Below are positions 36,728 through 49,136 of a DNA stretch of 64,000 nt, piece after piece (position 1 is the stretch's first letter; the number at the start of each line of letters is the position of its first letter). The DNA is from Nitrospira sp. (GTDB lineage Bacteria > Nitrospirota > Nitrospiria > Nitrospirales > Nitrospiraceae). The notes beneath the pieces are model-generated. The model ran no database searches and was not told where the DNA came from. It saw only the letters and a list, made by a program, of their open reading frames with translations. The stretch is taken from assembly GCA_040376625.1 (NCBI GenBank), contig JBEIQG010000001.1, positions 3,079 to 67,078 on the forward strand. Reading direction: 5' to 3'. A program made the position numbers and the translations under genes.

Positions 36728-39373
36728 TTATTCCTTCAATAGTCGTTGCTGTAGCGCCGCAAGCCGATTGAGCGCGTCGAGCGGAGTCATGGAGAAGAGA
36801 TCCATTTGACGAACCTCTTCAAGCATAGGATGTGGCGCAGGGAGTGTAGCATCAAATTGAAGCGACTGCTGGCTTTCGCGAACCGGGAGACCGGACGAGG
36901 ACGAGGATTCAAGTTGAGCAAGGACGGCCTTGGCCCGGTGTATCACCTGCTCGGGAAGACCTGCCAGTTGAGCGACATGGATTCCGTAGCTGCGATCGGC
37001 ACCTCCGCGAATAATTTTCCGCAGAAACAGCACTTTTCCGTCACGTTCCTGCACCGCGACGCAATAGTTGGTAATCCCCTCTCGTAGACTCTCCAGTTGC
37101 GTCATTTCATGATAATGAGTCGCGAAGAGCGTGCGCGCGCCGAGACGCTGAGGATCCTGGATGTATTCGGCAATGGCCCAAGCGATGCTGAGCCCGTCGT
37201 AGGTGCTTGTGCCCCGTCCGATCTCATCCAGGAGGATCAAGCTGCGAGGTGTGGCGCAGTTGAGAATATGTGCCGACTCTGTCATTTCAACCATGAAGGT
37301 ACTTTGGCCACCGGCGAGATTGTCGGACGCGCCGACTCTGGTGAAAATGCGATCCGTCAGTCCGATCCGGGCTTTCGTGGCGGGGACAAAACTTCCCATC
37401 TGGGCCATCAAGGTGATGAGAGCGACTTGTCGTAGATAGGTGCTCTTTCCGGCCATGTTGGGGCCGGTCAATATGTGCAGCCGGCTGGTCGACAGCTCCA
37501 GATTGGTGTCGTTCGGGATAAACCCTCCGGAAAGATCAAAGCGTTCGACGACGGGGTGCCGGCCCTGAACAATATGAAGTTCGCCGCCTTCGTCGACGGT
37601 CGGTCGTACATATCGATTCAGTGCGGCGGTTTCCGAGAGGGCGGCAATTACGTCAAGAGTAGCCAATCGTCGGCTGATCTCCTGAAGGCGGGCTGTTTCT
37701 GACGCGATTCGTGCCCGGAGTTGTTCAAACAGTGATTGTTCCAGGGCCGCAAGTTTTGTGTCGGCTCCCGTCACCCGCTCTTCGAGTTCCTTTAGCTCGG
37801 GGGTCATGAAGCGTTCGGCATTAACCAGGGTTTGCTTGCGGATATAGTCGGGCGGTACCTTCCCAAGGTTTGCCTTCGTAAGTTCAATATAGTACCCGAA
37901 GATTTGGTTATATCTGATTTTGAGTGAATCGACGCCAGTCCGTTCGCGTTCTTTGGCTTCCAGGCCGGCAATCCAGCCTTTGCCCTCCCGGCTTGCCTTG
38001 CGGAGTTCATCGACTTCGGGGTGATAGCCGCTCTTCAGGATGCCGCCGTCGCGAATCGATACGGGAGCCTCCTGTTCTAAGGCACCTTCGATCAATTCGT
38101 AGAGCTCCTGGGCGTTATCCCACGACGACATCAGGTCGGCAATCAGTGGAGAATTGAACGCGGACAACTCGGCCTGTATTGCGGGAAGCGAAGAGACGGA
38201 AATCTTCAGAGCAAGGACATCCCGCGGATTAGCGGCTCCGAGTGACATGCGGCTACAGAGACGGGAAATGTCCTGGACGGTTCGCAACGCCGTTCGGAGG
38301 CGAACTCGTGCGTCGATCTGTTGTTTGATTTCATCAACCGCCGTCAGCCTCGCCTCTATTGCCGCACAGTTTACCAATGGTCGCAGGATCCACTCACGGA
38401 GCAACCGACTTCCCATGGCGGTGACGGTGCGATCCAGAACGCTCAATAATGTATAGGTGGACTGGTTCGACGACTCCTCTGCGCGACCGGCAGGCCTGAC
38501 AAGTTCCAGATTGCGGATGGTGACGCTGTCCAGATGCATGGCATCATGATCCTGTCTCATGCGTGGCGAACGGATGTGGTCGAGCGGGGCCGATGGTTGA
38601 GTTTCCCTGACATACCGCAACACTGCGGCCCCGGCTTGGATGCCCAGTGTGAGCCGGTGGCAGCCAAAGGCTTCCAGGGAATGCACGCGAAACTGCTCTT
38701 GTAACGTCATGCGACCCTGTTCCAGGTCGAACCAAGTTGCAGGCTGTGCACAGCATCGGGGGCCGGTCAGATCGGCGGTCCATTGCCGTTCGTCCGGAGA
38801 GAGAGCTTCGGAAAACAGCAGTTCTTTCGGTTCAAGGCGCGCCAGTTCGTCCCGGAGAGCGGCCTCTGCCTGAACCCCATGAAACTCACTGAGCCAATAG
38901 TCTCCGGTCGAGACTTCTAGGGTTGCAAGGCCATAGGACGACTCTTTGCGTCCAGTTCCTGCGGATCGGCGCACGGATACTGCGGCCAGCACGTTAGATT
39001 CCGAGGAAGGAAGAAATTCGCTGTCAATGAGTGTGCCGGGGGTATACAGCCGGACGACTTCCCTGCGCACCAGACCCTTGGCCAGCTTGGGGTCCTCGAC
39101 TTGTTCGCACAGGGCTACGGTCCGTCCCGCACGGAGGAGTTTTGCGATGTAATTAGTGGCTGCGTGATAGGGGACGCCGCAGAGAGGGATCGGGGTCTCG
39201 CTGGACTTATCGCGTGATGTCAGCGCAATGGAGAGAAGTTTGGACGCTTCCACCGCGTCTTCTTGGAACATTTCATAGAAATCGCCGACACGGAAAAAGA
39301 GGATGGCATCACGATAGGCCTGCTTGATGTCGCGATATTGCCGCATCAATGGGGTGCCGTCGGCGTCACCCAT
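36728..39373 (-). CDS. mutS: DNA mismatch repair protein MutS
   Basis: TP.M.QY, GDFYE.F, TGPNMAGKSTYLRQ, STFMVEM, DEIGRGT, ATHYHE. Confidence 0.99.
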   Translation of the reverse strand: MGDADGTPLMRQYRDIKQAYRDAILFFRVGDFYEMFQEDAVEASKLLSIALTSRDKSSETPIPLCGVPYHAATNYIAKLLRAGRTVALCEQVEDPKLAKGLVRREVVRLYTPGTLIDSEFLPSSESNVLAAVSVRRSAGTGRKESSYGLATLEVSTGDYWLSEFHGVQAEAALRDELARLEPKELLFSEALSPDERQWTADLTGPRCCAQPATWFDLEQGRMTLQEQFRVHSLEAFGCHRLTLGIQAGAAVLRYVRETQPSAPLDHIRSPRMRQDHDAMHLDSVTIRNLELVRPAGRAEESSNQSTYTLLSVLDRTVTAMGSRLLREWILRPLVNCAAIEARLTAVDEIKQQIDARVRLRTALRTVQDISRLCSRMSLGAANPRDVLALKISVSSLPAIQAELSAFNSPLIADLMSSWDNAQELYELIEGALEQEAPVSIRDGGILKSGYHPEVDELRKASREGKGWIAGLEAKERERTGVDSLKIRYNQIFGYYIELTKANLGKVPPDYIRKQTLVNAERFMTPELKELEERVTGADTKLAALEQSLFEQLRARIASETARLQEISRRLATLDVIAALSETAALNRYVRPTVDEGGELHIVQGRHPVVERFDLSGGFIPNDTNLELSTSRLHILTGPNMAGKSTYLRQVALITLMAQMGSFVPATKARIGLTDRIFTRVGASDNLAGGQSTFMVEMTESAHILNCATPRSLILLDEIGRGTSTYDGLSIAWAIAEYIQDPQRLGARTLFATHYHEMTQLESLREGITNYCVAVQERDGKVLFLRKIIRGGADRSYGIHVAQLAGLPEQVIHRAKAVLAQLESSSSSGLPVRESQQSLQFDATLPAPHPMLEEVRQMDLFSMTPLDALNRLAALQQRLLKE

Positions 39374-39710
39374 CGGAGGGCTCTCCCTCAGCGGGACTGT
39401 CCGAAGATGTGCCCACCCGACGAGCGGCTTTGTCGAGGGCCTGCCGGAGGCGCTCCAGATCCACCTCCGCTTCCTGCAGCGCCTTGGTTTTGCGACGGAG
39501 TTCGATACGGCCGCGTACCCAGGCAGGAAACAACAGAATCCCGGACACTAACAGCCCGACGCCGAAGGCAGCCAGAATTGGCTTATAGATCAGGATTGAT
39601 GCGGAGCGAAGGCCAAAAAAATACCTCAGAGTGACTTCCTGCTCCTGGTTTTGCAGAAAAAACGACAGCGCGAGCAGTAGCAGCGTTCCCACCAATATCA
39701 AACGGATCAA
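39366..39710 (-). CDS. LapA-family (DUF1049) membrane protein
   Basis: Two TM helices, F..QN.Q.V.L.Y.F, coiled-coil tail. Confidence 0.75.
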   Translation of the reverse strand: MIRLILVGTLLLLALSFFLQNQEQEVTLRYFFGLRSASILIYKPILAAFGVGLLVSGILLFPAWVRGRIELRRKTKALQEAEVDLERLRQALDKAARRVGTSSDSPAEGEPSDG

Positions 39711-40333
39711 TGCGAGGTCCTCCTTGGCCGGCTCAATTGTACACGGGTTTGTGGAACCGCTCTAGTGGGGCGATCGGCGGAGAGCCGTGAGCGAAGCGCG
39801 TCCAGTAAACGCCGTGCAGCAGGGCCTCTGGCCGTCAGAATTGCATGACGGGTTGCCGGAGGGCGATGTGATAAGTGGACGTCGAGCCGGTCAGACGGAA
39901 GACCGGCTCCCCATCGATCGGCCCATTCGATCGCGGTGACGGTGTGGCCATCTACGTAGTCGTTGAGTCCGGTGTCTTCAAGTTGCGCCGCGGTTAGCCG
40001 GTAGAGGTCGGTGTGGACCAATGGAAGGCGTCCTTGGTATTCATGAATTAGTGTAAACGTCGGGCTGCTCACGTCCGTCGGTTCGGCGAGCAGCCCGTCG
40101 GCGATACCTTTGACCAGCGAGGTCTTGCCTGCGCCCAGTTCTCCGAACAGGGCGAGGATCTCGCCTCCCTGCAGGACTGTGCCCAGGCAGCGTCCCAGGC
40201 GGTGCGTGTGTTTCGGAGATCGAAGCACAACGCGCCATGGTTTGCCGACAGGAGGGGATCCCGCGGTTGTTTGCGGGATAGGTGCCGCAGGTGATGGCCT
40301 CGGCTTAGGTGTGTGTGGTCGGCGCGAGGGCAT
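39707..40333 (-). CDS. tsaE: tRNA t6A biosynthesis ATPase TsaE (start uncertain)
   Basis: GELGAGKT, SSPTFTLI.EY, H.DLYRL, IEWAD. Confidence 0.93.
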   Translation of the reverse strand: MPSRRPHTPKPRPSPAAPIPQTTAGSPPVGKPWRVVLRSPKHTHRLGRCLGTVLQGGEILALFGELGAGKTSLVKGIADGLLAEPTDVSSPTFTLIHEYQGRLPLVHTDLYRLTAAQLEDTGLNDYVDGHTVTAIEWADRWGAGLPSDRLDVHLSHRPPATRHAILTARGPAARRLLDALRSRLSADRPTRAVPQTRVQLSRPRRTSH

Positions 40334-41861
40334 GGGGGATGTGCTGAATGAGGTCACTTGCGATCATGCCGGCTTGGCCGAGTTGCCGCGCAGCCAAATC
40401 TCCGGCCAAACCATGAAAATATGTTGCCGCGCAGGCGGCATCCCAAGGGGACAAGCCTTGGGCGAGAAGCCCGCCAACCATGCCCGTCAAGACGTCGCCC
40501 GTTCCGGCGGTGGCCATTCCGGGATTGCCGGTCGGGCAGATAGCTGCCAGGCCATCCGGCCGCGCAATCACCGTGCGGGCTCCTTTGAGGATAACAAAGA
40601 CGCCTCGTTCTCGCGCAAATCTAGTGGCCGTGCCAAGACGATCTTCATTAACTGATTGTGTAGTCGCTTCGGTTTCCAATCTGGCCATTTCGCCGGGGTG
40701 AGGGGTGATAATCGGCGGTCGTTTGCATTCGGTCAGCAATGAGGATTTCCCCGCCAATGCATTCAACGCGTCGGCATCGAGTACGCAGGGTTTGTCGATT
40801 CGCTTCACGAGTTCTTGCACCAGGTCGACGGTTTCGGGATGGGTGGTCAGGCCTGGCCCGATCGCGACGGCATCTCGGGCGCCGGCGAACGCGAGCAAGC
40901 GATCCAAGCCGGAACGCGCGAAGGTCCGGGCTTTGGTCTCCGGCATCGGGAGGGTCATCACTTCCAAGAGTTTTGCTTCCAGAATATCGTTGGCGCTCGA
41001 CGGAATCGCGGCCGTCACCAGCCCGGTTCCGATGCGCAGGGCTGAGAGCGCTGCCATGGCCGCCGCACCTGTTTTGCCGACCGAGCCGGCGATGATACCG
41101 AGGTGGCCATAGGTTCCTTTGTGTGCCGAAGGGTGACGTGGGGGGAGTGCCGCCCGAATGGCCGTATCGGTCAGCAGCATCAGCCGACTTCCGACGGATT
41201 CCACAAGCGAGGTGGGGATCCCGATGTCCACGAGTTGAACCGTTCCGGCGCAATCGATGCCGGATCCGCTATAAAGCCCTGCTTTCGGCAATCCGAAGGT
41301 CACCGTGAGATCTGCGCGTACGGCGGCTCCCAGCACCGCTCCTGTATCGGCGTGCAGGCCCGATGGAATATCGACGGCCACGGTCTGGCGACCTGAGGCG
41401 GTTATGGCTTCGATCGCATCACGGTAGAGCCCGGTGACGGGAGTGGAAAGGCCCGTACCTAGAATCGCATCGATAAGAATGTCACCGGTCGCCAACCGCT
41501 GCTGGATCGCCTCGGCATCAGTCGGGCTCGTAACGGCTGATTTTCCTGCCGATCGGAGAAATCGCTGATACATTGTCTTTGCATCGCGACTGAGATCGTT
41601 GGGAGGCGCAAGCAGCAGGACATGGACCCGGGCTTTTGCTCGTCGCAACAGCCGCCCGACGACAAAACCGTCTCCACCGTTATTCCCCTTGCCGCAGAGG
41701 ATGATGACCGATTTGCCGGCAAGCGGTGCATATCTGGCCTCAAGGTGGGTGACGACCCCCGCTCCGGCTCGTTCCATCAGCGTCAGGGACGGCACCAAAG
41801 CCTCCGTGATCGTGCGCTGATCCAGCGCTCGCATTTGCTCGGCGGTCACGATCGGTATCAT
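40305..41861 (-). CDS. nnr: Bifunctional NAD(P)HX epimerase/dehydratase
   Basis: LMERAG, GKGNNGGDG, DIPSG, HKG.YG, DADALN, TPHPGE, G.GDVL.G. Confidence 0.96.
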   Translation of the reverse strand: MIPIVTAEQMRALDQRTITEALVPSLTLMERAGAGVVTHLEARYAPLAGKSVIILCGKGNNGGDGFVVGRLLRRAKARVHVLLLAPPNDLSRDAKTMYQRFLRSAGKSAVTSPTDAEAIQQRLATGDILIDAILGTGLSTPVTGLYRDAIEAITASGRQTVAVDIPSGLHADTGAVLGAAVRADLTVTFGLPKAGLYSGSGIDCAGTVQLVDIGIPTSLVESVGSRLMLLTDTAIRAALPPRHPSAHKGTYGHLGIIAGSVGKTGAAAMAALSALRIGTGLVTAAIPSSANDILEAKLLEVMTLPMPETKARTFARSGLDRLLAFAGARDAVAIGPGLTTHPETVDLVQELVKRIDKPCVLDADALNALAGKSSLLTECKRPPIITPHPGEMARLETEATTQSVNEDRLGTATRFARERGVFVILKGARTVIARPDGLAAICPTGNPGMATAGTGDVLTGMVGGLLAQGLSPWDAACAATYFHGLAGDLAARQLGQAGMIASDLIQHIPHALAPTTHT

Positions 41862-41925
41862 GGCGTTCTGTGACTCCCGGTCGGTTTCTCACGGCGAAGG
41901 TGACAGCCCATGCGTGGGAGCCGGA

Positions 41926-42639
41926 TTAGGCGACCAATTCTTTCATCTCGCGCACAGCCTGGACCAATCCGACCATGACGGATCGGGCAATAATGCTGTG
42001 ACCGATATTGAATTCCACAATTTCTGGCAATTTGGCGAGCCGTTTCACATTCTTATAGGTCAAGCCATGCCCGGCATTGACGCCGAGGCCGAGCTTATAG
42101 GCCAGTTTGGCAGCCTGGGTGATGGCTTCAAACTCCTCGTCTTCTTCCTTCGACCGCTTGGCGTTGGAGTAGCGGCCGGTATGTAACTCGACATAGGCTG
42201 CGCCGATTTTGTGCGCCGCCTTGATTTGATCGAGACTGGGCTCGACAAACAGGCTTGTGGGGATGCCTCCGTCGCGGAGCAGATCCACGATCTTCTGAAT
42301 CCGATCTCGGTGGTTAGCGACATCGAGCCCGCCCTCTGTGGTGAGCTCCTGTCGGCGCTCGGGGACGAGTGTCACCAGGTCAGGTTTGACGCTTAGAGCG
42401 ATCTTGGCCATGGCGTCGTCGGCGGCCATTTCCAGATCCAGTTTGGTTCGCACGATTTCCCGCAACATGGTGAGATCTCGATCTTGAATATGCCGGCGGT
42501 CTTCCCGAAGATGCACCACTAGGCCATCGGCGCCGGCCAGCTCCACGAGAATGGCGGCAGTCAGGGGGTCGGGGTCGGTCCCTCCGCGCGCCTGCCGGAG
42601 TGTCGCCACATGATCGATATTCACGCCCAGTCGAGCCAT
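41926..42639 (-). CDS. pdxJ: Pyridoxine 5'-phosphate synthase
   Basis: [45 protein letters not shown]. Confidence 0.98.
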   Translation of the reverse strand: MARLGVNIDHVATLRQARGGTDPDPLTAAILVELAGADGLVVHLREDRRHIQDRDLTMLREIVRTKLDLEMAADDAMAKIALSVKPDLVTLVPERRQELTTEGGLDVANHRDRIQKIVDLLRDGGIPTSLFVEPSLDQIKAAHKIGAAYVELHTGRYSNAKRSKEEDEEFEAITQAAKLAYKLGLGVNAGHGLTYKNVKRLAKLPEIVEFNIGHSIIARSVMVGLVQAVREMKELVA

Positions 42640-42940
42640 TACGCCTCCGCAATTTCGCTGCAAGTCATAGGAGAAAGATTCCGGAACTGGTCGAAATTCA
42701 TAGACAATTCTCTCGATACTGAGGCATTATTAACAGAAGACGGTAGGGGGGAGCAAGAAGGCAGATCGTGGGTTGCTTAACCGTTTTCCGTGTGACCACG
42801 GTAGGGTGCTCGCCCCCAAGTCGTGACAATCGTAGCGAAATTGACTCGTTTTGAGGCCTCCATTAAAATACGCCCCTTTCAGAGGTATGGCGACTGAATC
42901 TGTTCGGCAGAGGACCCGCCTGTAGGAGTCTGACAAATTC

Positions 42941-44137
42941 ATGGCGATCAGCGATGGCTTTTACCGCATTAAACGACTTCCACCTTATGTATTTGCGCAA
43001 GTACAAACCCTGAAGCTTGAGGCGCGTCAACGGGGCGAGGATATCATCGATTTCGGCATGGGCAACCCGGATCAGCCTACGCCGCCTCATATCGTCGACA
43101 AGTTGATCGAAGCGTCGAAGAAAGCCAAGAATCATCGTTATTCGGCTTCACGCGGGATCACGAAGCTGCGTCATGCGATCACTGGTTGGTATAAGCGCAA
43201 TTACGAAGTGGATTTGGATCCTGAGACCGAAGCGATCGTGACAATCGGCTCCAAGGAAGGCATCGCCCACTTGGCGCTGGCCACGATCGGGCCAGGCGAT
43301 GTGGTGCTGACACCTACGCCCACTTATCCCATCCATATGTACAGTTTTATTATTGCCGGCGGGGAAGTCCGCGGGATTGAACTGCGCCAGGACAGCGACT
43401 TTTTCGATGACCTGTTGCGCGTCTATCGCCAAACCTTGCCGCGTCCGCGTATTCTCGTGATCAATTTCCCGCACAACCCGACGACCGCCGTGGTCGATCT
43501 GGAGTTTTTCAAGAAGATCGTTGCGTTTGCCAAGGAACACGACGTGATCGTCATTCACGATCTGGCCTATGCCGATATCGCGTTCGACGGCTATAAGGCG
43601 CCAAGTTTTCTGCAAGTGCCGGAAGCGAAGGATGTGGGTGTGGAGTTCTATACATTGTCCAAGGCCTACAACATGCCTGGCTGGAGGGTCGGATTCTGCG
43701 TGGGCAATCGTGAGGTGGTCGGTGCGCTCGCCAAGCTGAAGAGTTATCTCGACTACGGTATTTTTCAGCCGATTCAGATTGCCAGTACCGTGGCCTTGAA
43801 TGGGCCGCAGGATTGCGTCAAGGAGGTCGTCCAACGGTATCAAACCCGGCGTAACGTGCTCGTGAACGGGCTGAATCGTATCGGCTGGCCGGTGGCGCTG
43901 CCCCGCGCGACCATGTTTGTGTGGGCCCGCATTCCGGACCCCTTCCGGCATATGGGGTCCCTGGAGTTTTCAAAGCTGCTTCTCCGGGAGGCCAAGGTCG
44001 CGGTGTCGCCAGGAATCGGGTTCGGAGAGGGCGGAGATGAATTCGTACGTTTTGCGCTGGTGGAAAATGAACATCGCACGCGGCAGGCCCTGCGCGGGAT
44101 CCGCAAAGTGTTGAATTTGGATGATCAGGAATCATGA
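42941..44137 (+). CDS. alaC: Class I/II PLP aminotransferase, AlaC-like
   Basis: [35 protein letters not shown]. Confidence 0.85.
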   Translation: MAISDGFYRIKRLPPYVFAQVQTLKLEARQRGEDIIDFGMGNPDQPTPPHIVDKLIEASKKAKNHRYSASRGITKLRHAITGWYKRNYEVDLDPETEAIVTIGSKEGIAHLALATIGPGDVVLTPTPTYPIHMYSFIIAGGEVRGIELRQDSDFFDDLLRVYRQTLPRPRILVINFPHNPTTAVVDLEFFKKIVAFAKEHDVIVIHDLAYADIAFDGYKAPSFLQVPEAKDVGVEFYTLSKAYNMPGWRVGFCVGNREVVGALAKLKSYLDYGIFQPIQIASTVALNGPQDCVKEVVQRYQTRRNVLVNGLNRIGWPVALPRATMFVWARIPDPFRHMGSLEFSKLLLREAKVAVSPGIGFGEGGDEFVRFALVENEHRTRQALRGIRKVLNLDDQES

Positions 44138-45447
44138 AGAGTGAGATTGGCGTCGGGTTAATCGGATTTGGAACGGTCGGCACCGGTGTGGCTCGGGTGC
44201 TGATCGACAATGCTGAACTGATTCGTCGGCGGGTGGGCGTGCCTGTCAAGCTGGTTCGCATCGCGGACCTCGACATCACACGCGATCGCGGGCTGGTGAT
44301 TCCGCCGGACGTGCTCACGACGGATATCCAGCTGGTCCTCACGGACCCCAGGGTGGATATCGTGATCGAGTTGATGGGGGGCTATGACTTCGCCAAACGC
44401 GTGATTCTGGATGCCATCCAGCGCGGCAAACACGTGGTGACAGCCAATAAAGCCTTATTGGCCGTGCATGGTGAAGAGATTTTTGCCGCGGCGTCGCGCC
44501 AAGGAGTCGATCTTTGCTTCGAGGCGAGCGTGGGGGGTGGAATTCCGGTCGTCCGCGCATTGATGGAAGGATTGGCCGCGAACAATATCCAGTCGATCTA
44601 CGGCATCATCAACGGCACCTCGAATTATATTCTTAGCCGGATGACCAGTGAAGGCCAGCGTTTTGACGTGGTGTTGGAGGAGGCAAAACGTGCCGGTTAC
44701 GCAGAGGCCGATCCCACGTTCGATGTGGCGGGTACTGATTCGGCGCACAAGCTGACCATCATGGTTAGTTTGGCCTATGGGACACCCGTCAATTTGAAAG
44801 AGATCTACACCGAAGGTATCACCGGGCTCACGCCGCTCGATATTGCTTATGCGAAGGAGTTCGGTTTTACAATCAAGCTGCTGGCGATCGCAAAATTTTC
44901 CGAAGGCGAAATCGAGGCGCGCGTGCATCCGACAATGGTGCCGTCGGCCTCTCAGATCGCGAAGGTTGACGGCGTCTATAATGCGATTCAATTGGTGGGT
45001 GATGCCGTCGAAGATGTGGTCCTTTATGGTCGGGGCGCCGGGTCGATGCCGACTGGAAGTGCGGTCGTGAGTGATGTTATGGCCATCGCGCGCAACCTGA
45101 TCAAAGATGCTGCCGGGCGTGTCCCGCCGGCATCCTATCAGCCCGATCAGCGGCGGCCGCTGCGCATGCGGCCGATGGAAGAAATTACCTCGCTTTATTA
45201 TATTCGCTTTATGGTGGTCGACCGGCCGGGTGTGTTGTCGCAGATTGCCGGGGTGCTGGGTCGTTATGGAATCAGCATTTCGTCGGTGCTGCAGCAGGGA
45301 CGCAAAGAGGGGCAGACGGTGCCGGTGGTGATCATGACGCATATGGCAAAGGAGCGGGACATTCAAAACGCACTCCGTGAAATCAACCCCATGTCCTATA
45401 TATCCGAGCCCACGACGCTCATCAGGGTCGAAGGGCGGGATGAATGA
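44134..45447 (+). CDS. hom: Homoserine dehydrogenase with ACT domain
   Basis: [29 protein letters not shown]; C-terminal ACT domain. Confidence 0.97.
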   Translation: MKSEIGVGLIGFGTVGTGVARVLIDNAELIRRRVGVPVKLVRIADLDITRDRGLVIPPDVLTTDIQLVLTDPRVDIVIELMGGYDFAKRVILDAIQRGKHVVTANKALLAVHGEEIFAAASRQGVDLCFEASVGGGIPVVRALMEGLAANNIQSIYGIINGTSNYILSRMTSEGQRFDVVLEEAKRAGYAEADPTFDVAGTDSAHKLTIMVSLAYGTPVNLKEIYTEGITGLTPLDIAYAKEFGFTIKLLAIAKFSEGEIEARVHPTMVPSASQIAKVDGVYNAIQLVGDAVEDVVLYGRGAGSMPTGSAVVSDVMAIARNLIKDAAGRVPPASYQPDQRRPLRMRPMEEITSLYYIRFMVVDRPGVLSQIAGVLGRYGISISSVLQQGRKEGQTVPVVIMTHMAKERDIQNALREINPMSYISEPTTLIRVEGRDE

Positions 45448-45492
45448 ATGGGATTCCCCGGTGTTGCTGAGAGGATGGTCGAGTAGACTGTT

Positions 45493-46551
45493 ATGATTCG
45501 TTGGCGTGGGATCATCGAAGAATACCGGAAGTTCCTGCCGGTCACGGCGCAGACCCCTGTGGTCACGCTGGGCGAGGGCCATACACCACTGATTCGTGCA
45601 GCCCGGCTTGCGAAGAGAATCGCTCCGGGGGTCGATCTGTATCTGAAGTATGAAGGCATGAATCCCACCGGATCCTTCAAGGATCGGGGCATGACTATGG
45701 CGATTTCGAAGGCTGTCGAGGGGGGCGCGCGGGCGGTCATTTGCGCATCCACCGGCAACACATCTGCCTCCGCTGCGGCGTATGGGGCCAGGGCGGGCAT
45801 TGCCGTGTATGTGCTCATTCCGGCCGGCAAGATCGCGCTGGGGAAGTTGTCCCAGGCGATGATGCACCAGGCCACCGTCATTCAAGTCGAGGGAAATTTT
45901 GACCAGGCGTTGACCATCGTCAAAGAGTTGTCGGCCACGTACCCCGTTGAATTGGTGAATTCTTTGAATCCCTTCCGGATCGAAGGGCAGAAAACGGCGG
46001 CCATGGAGATTTGTGACGATCTCGGCGATGCGCCGGCTATGCATGTACTTCCTGTAGGGAATGCAGGTAATATCACTGCCTATTGGAATGGTTATCGGGA
46101 GTATCGTGCGGCCAATCAGACGACGCGGTTGCCTCGGATGATGGGGTTTCAGGCTGCTGGTGCGGCGCCGATTGTATTGGGCCACATCATCGAGGAGCCG
46201 CAAACGGTAGCTACGGCGATCCGAATCGGTAATCCCGCCAGCTGGCAATCGGCTCTCACTGCGGTGAAGGAGTCGTCCGGTGCCATCGATATGGTCACCG
46301 ACGAAGAAATTCTGCATGCCTATGCGTTGGTGGCCAGTGAGGAGGGCGTCTTTTGCGAGCCAGCATCGGCCACCTCCGTGGCCGGTGTCATTAAATTGAG
46401 CCAGACCGGGCAATTACAAGAGGGCGCCACGGTGGTGTGTACGTTGACCGGACATGGTTTGAAAGATGCCGATACGGCGATCGGCATTTCACGTCAGCCT
46501 CAAACAGTAAGAGCCACCCGCGACGATGTGGCCCGCCTCCTTCATGTCTGA
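45493..46551 (+). CDS. thrC: Threonine synthase
   Basis: [31 protein letters not shown]. Confidence 0.96.
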   Translation: MIRWRGIIEEYRKFLPVTAQTPVVTLGEGHTPLIRAARLAKRIAPGVDLYLKYEGMNPTGSFKDRGMTMAISKAVEGGARAVICASTGNTSASAAAYGARAGIAVYVLIPAGKIALGKLSQAMMHQATVIQVEGNFDQALTIVKELSATYPVELVNSLNPFRIEGQKTAAMEICDDLGDAPAMHVLPVGNAGNITAYWNGYREYRAANQTTRLPRMMGFQAAGAAPIVLGHIIEEPQTVATAIRIGNPASWQSALTAVKESSGAIDMVTDEEILHAYALVASEEGVFCEPASATSVAGVIKLSQTGQLQEGATVVCTLTGHGLKDADTAIGISRQPQTVRATRDDVARLLHV

Positions 46552-46569
46552 TTACCTCAGGAACATTGC

Positions 46570-47820
46570 ATGAAATATTTGATCCTGCATGCTGACGGGA
46601 TGGCAGATCTCTCGTGCCCGAAACTCGGTGGGAAAACTCCGCTTGAAGCGGCCGCAACTCCGAACCTCGACCAGATTGCCCAACGTGGTGAGGTGGGACT
46701 GTTGAGCCTTCCCTCGGAAGCCGGAGCCGCCGGCAGTGATGTCACTAGCGTGGCTGTGCTGGGATATGATCCGAAAAAGTATTATCCGGGCCCCGGCCCA
46801 CTGGAGGCGGCCGGTCTAGGCGTTACGGTGGGTGAGCAGGACGTGGTGTTCCGATGCACCATGGTGACGGTACGCGGGGAGACTGCTTCCGGTAACAAAG
46901 ATCGGGCAACCGACATCAAGAAACTCGGGGCACATGTCATCATGGAGGACGCGACCGCGGGTCTCATCGACACGGAGCAGGCCCGTGAGTTGCTCGAAGC
47001 GGTGAATGAGCAGCTTGGTTCGGAGTCGATTCAGTTCTACCCAGGCTCCGGGCATCGGCATCTCATGGTCTGGGTTGGAGGAAAATCCCGCGCGACGTGT
47101 CTTGATCCGCAACCCTTGGTCGGCCGGTCGATTGCCGATGCGTTGCCGAACGGTGATGGCGCCGACGTGCTGCGCAAGATCATGGATGCGGCGTTTTTCA
47201 TCCTGCGTGACCATCCGGTGAATGAGGAACGTGAGCAGGAGGGGTTGAAGCCCGCCAATTGCCTGTGGTTGTGGGGCCAGGGCCGTGCCGCGGTGTGGCC
47301 ACCGTTGCCGGAGAGATACCAGATTGCCGGTGTGGTGGTGTCATCCAGCGATGTCCATCGTGGAGTTGGGTTGTGCGCCGGATTGGATGCTGTCGAGCTT
47401 CCTCGTGCCGACGGAAGTGACGCGAATGAGTTCACGGATTGCGTGCAGGCGGCGGTGCAGGAGTTAGCCAAGAAAGACTTCGTCTATCTGCATGCCGGGC
47501 TTTCCGACGACGTGCTGCACGCGACTGATGTGCAGGACAAGGTGCGGGCCATTGAGCGGTTCGATGCCCAGGTCGTCGGGCCGATTCTCGCGGCACTGGC
47601 GACGCATCCCGCCTATCGATTGCTTGTCGTGTGTGATCCCGGCCTCGCAAAGAGCCACGGTTCTGATGTTGCGCCGATCATGTATGCGCTATGTGATAGT
47701 GCCGCCAAGCCGTCGGCCGAAGTCACCAAGCGGTTTCATGAGCAGGATGCGCATATCGCCGGGACCGCGCCTCGCGATGCAACGAAGTTGATGTTGCGAT
47801 TATTCCCGCGCGGAGTATAG
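46570..47820 (+). CDS. ApgM-like cofactor-independent phosphoglycerate mutase family protein
   Basis: [21 protein letters not shown]...[25 protein letters not shown]. Confidence 0.85.
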   Translation: MKYLILHADGMADLSCPKLGGKTPLEAAATPNLDQIAQRGEVGLLSLPSEAGAAGSDVTSVAVLGYDPKKYYPGPGPLEAAGLGVTVGEQDVVFRCTMVTVRGETASGNKDRATDIKKLGAHVIMEDATAGLIDTEQARELLEAVNEQLGSESIQFYPGSGHRHLMVWVGGKSRATCLDPQPLVGRSIADALPNGDGADVLRKIMDAAFFILRDHPVNEEREQEGLKPANCLWLWGQGRAAVWPPLPERYQIAGVVVSSSDVHRGVGLCAGLDAVELPRADGSDANEFTDCVQAAVQELAKKDFVYLHAGLSDDVLHATDVQDKVRAIERFDAQVVGPILAALATHPAYRLLVVCDPGLAKSHGSDVAPIMYALCDSAAKPSAEVTKRFHEQDAHIAGTAPRDATKLMLRLFPRGV

Positions 47821-47824
47821 AGCT

Positions 47825-49060
47825 GTGGCGCTGATCGTTCAAAAATACGGGGGAACATCCGTCGGTACGGTCGAACGGATTCATCGCGTCGCCGAACGTG
47901 TCGAACGCGCTCAGAAAGACGGCCACCAGGTGGTGGTAGTGTTGTCGGCCATGAGCGGAGAAACGGATCGACTGCTGAAGTTGGCCCATGAAGTCACCGT
48001 TGCGCCGGACGAGCGCGAGTTGGACATGCTGCTCTCGACAGGGGAGCGGGTGACTATTGCGTTGCTCGCCATGGAACTTCGGGGGCGAGGGGTGAATGCC
48101 CGGTCCTTCACGGGCCGGCAGGTTGGCATTCATACCGACAGCGCGCACACCAAGGCGAGAATTTCCCGTGTCACGGCAGATCGAATCAAGGAAGCCTTGT
48201 CTACGGGCGTGGTCCCCGTTGTGGCGGGGTTCCAGGGCATTAACGCCAGCTCGGATGTCACGACGCTGGGCCGGGGAGGTTCCGATCTGACAGCCGTTGC
48301 GCTGGCGGCGGCGCTCAAGGCCGACCGCTGCATTATTTATACGGATGTGGACGGTGTCTACACTGCCGACCCGAACATCGTGCCGGCTGCGCGACGTCTG
48401 GATAAGATCTCCTACGAAGAGATGTTGGAGATGGCAAGCCTCGGCGCCAAAGTGCTGCAGAGTCGCTCGGTGGAGTTTGCGGCCAAGTACTCCGTGCCGG
48501 TGGAGGTCAATTCAAGTTTCAAAGAAGGAAAGGGAACGCTCGTGACACGTGAAGATGCCGATATGGAAGGGGTCATGGTGTCGGGTGTGACGGGGGACCG
48601 CAATCAGGCCAAGATTACGATTGTTGGTGTGCCGGATCGGCCGGGGATCGCCGCGCGTGTGTTCGGGGCCGTGGCCAATGCCAACATCGTGGTGGACATG
48701 ATCATCCAAAACGTCAGCCAGGCATCCACAACCGACATTTCGTTCACGGTCCCCAAGGCTGATTTGCGCAATGCCGTCGATCTCGTCCAGCGTCTATCCG
48801 AAGAGATCGGCGCCCGGTCCGTGGCTGTGACGGAATCCATCGCCAAGGTGTCGCTCATCGGGGTAGGTATGCGGTCGCATTCCGGCGTGGCGGCAAAGAT
48901 GTTCGAGGTGCTCTCGCGCGAAGGCGTGAATATTATGATGATCAGCACGTCGGAAATTAAGATTTCCTGTGTCATCGAGGAAAAGTATTTGGAGTTGGCC
49001 ATGCGTACGCTTCACACGGCGTTCGGCCTGGATCGGGTTTCGGCGCCTGCCCTGGGCTAG
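47825..49060 (+). CDS. lysC: Aspartate kinase
   Basis: [28 protein letters not shown]; two ACT domains. Confidence 0.97.
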   Translation: MALIVQKYGGTSVGTVERIHRVAERVERAQKDGHQVVVVLSAMSGETDRLLKLAHEVTVAPDERELDMLLSTGERVTIALLAMELRGRGVNARSFTGRQVGIHTDSAHTKARISRVTADRIKEALSTGVVPVVAGFQGINASSDVTTLGRGGSDLTAVALAAALKADRCIIYTDVDGVYTADPNIVPAARRLDKISYEEMLEMASLGAKVLQSRSVEFAAKYSVPVEVNSSFKEGKGTLVTREDADMEGVMVSGVTGDRNQAKITIVGVPDRPGIAARVFGAVANANIVVDMIIQNVSQASTTDISFTVPKADLRNAVDLVQRLSEEIGARSVAVTESIAKVSLIGVGMRSHSGVAAKMFEVLSREGVNIMMISTSEIKISCVIEEKYLELAMRTLHTAFGLDRVSAPALG

Positions 49061-49136
49061 TACTGCTTGGAAAGCGGTAATGGTCAGTATGCAGTGTCCT
49101 CGACAGGTCCGTCATGACCCTGCTACTCTCACATCT

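Noticed and set aside
41862-41925. acpS remnant between pdxJ and nnr, where some bacteria carry it
   Set aside because: Only 64 bp with no recognisable remnant; a simple gene-order difference
44455-46413. 652-aa minus-strand ORF
   Set aside because: Antisense shadow of hom/thrC; no motifs; expected in GC-rich DNA
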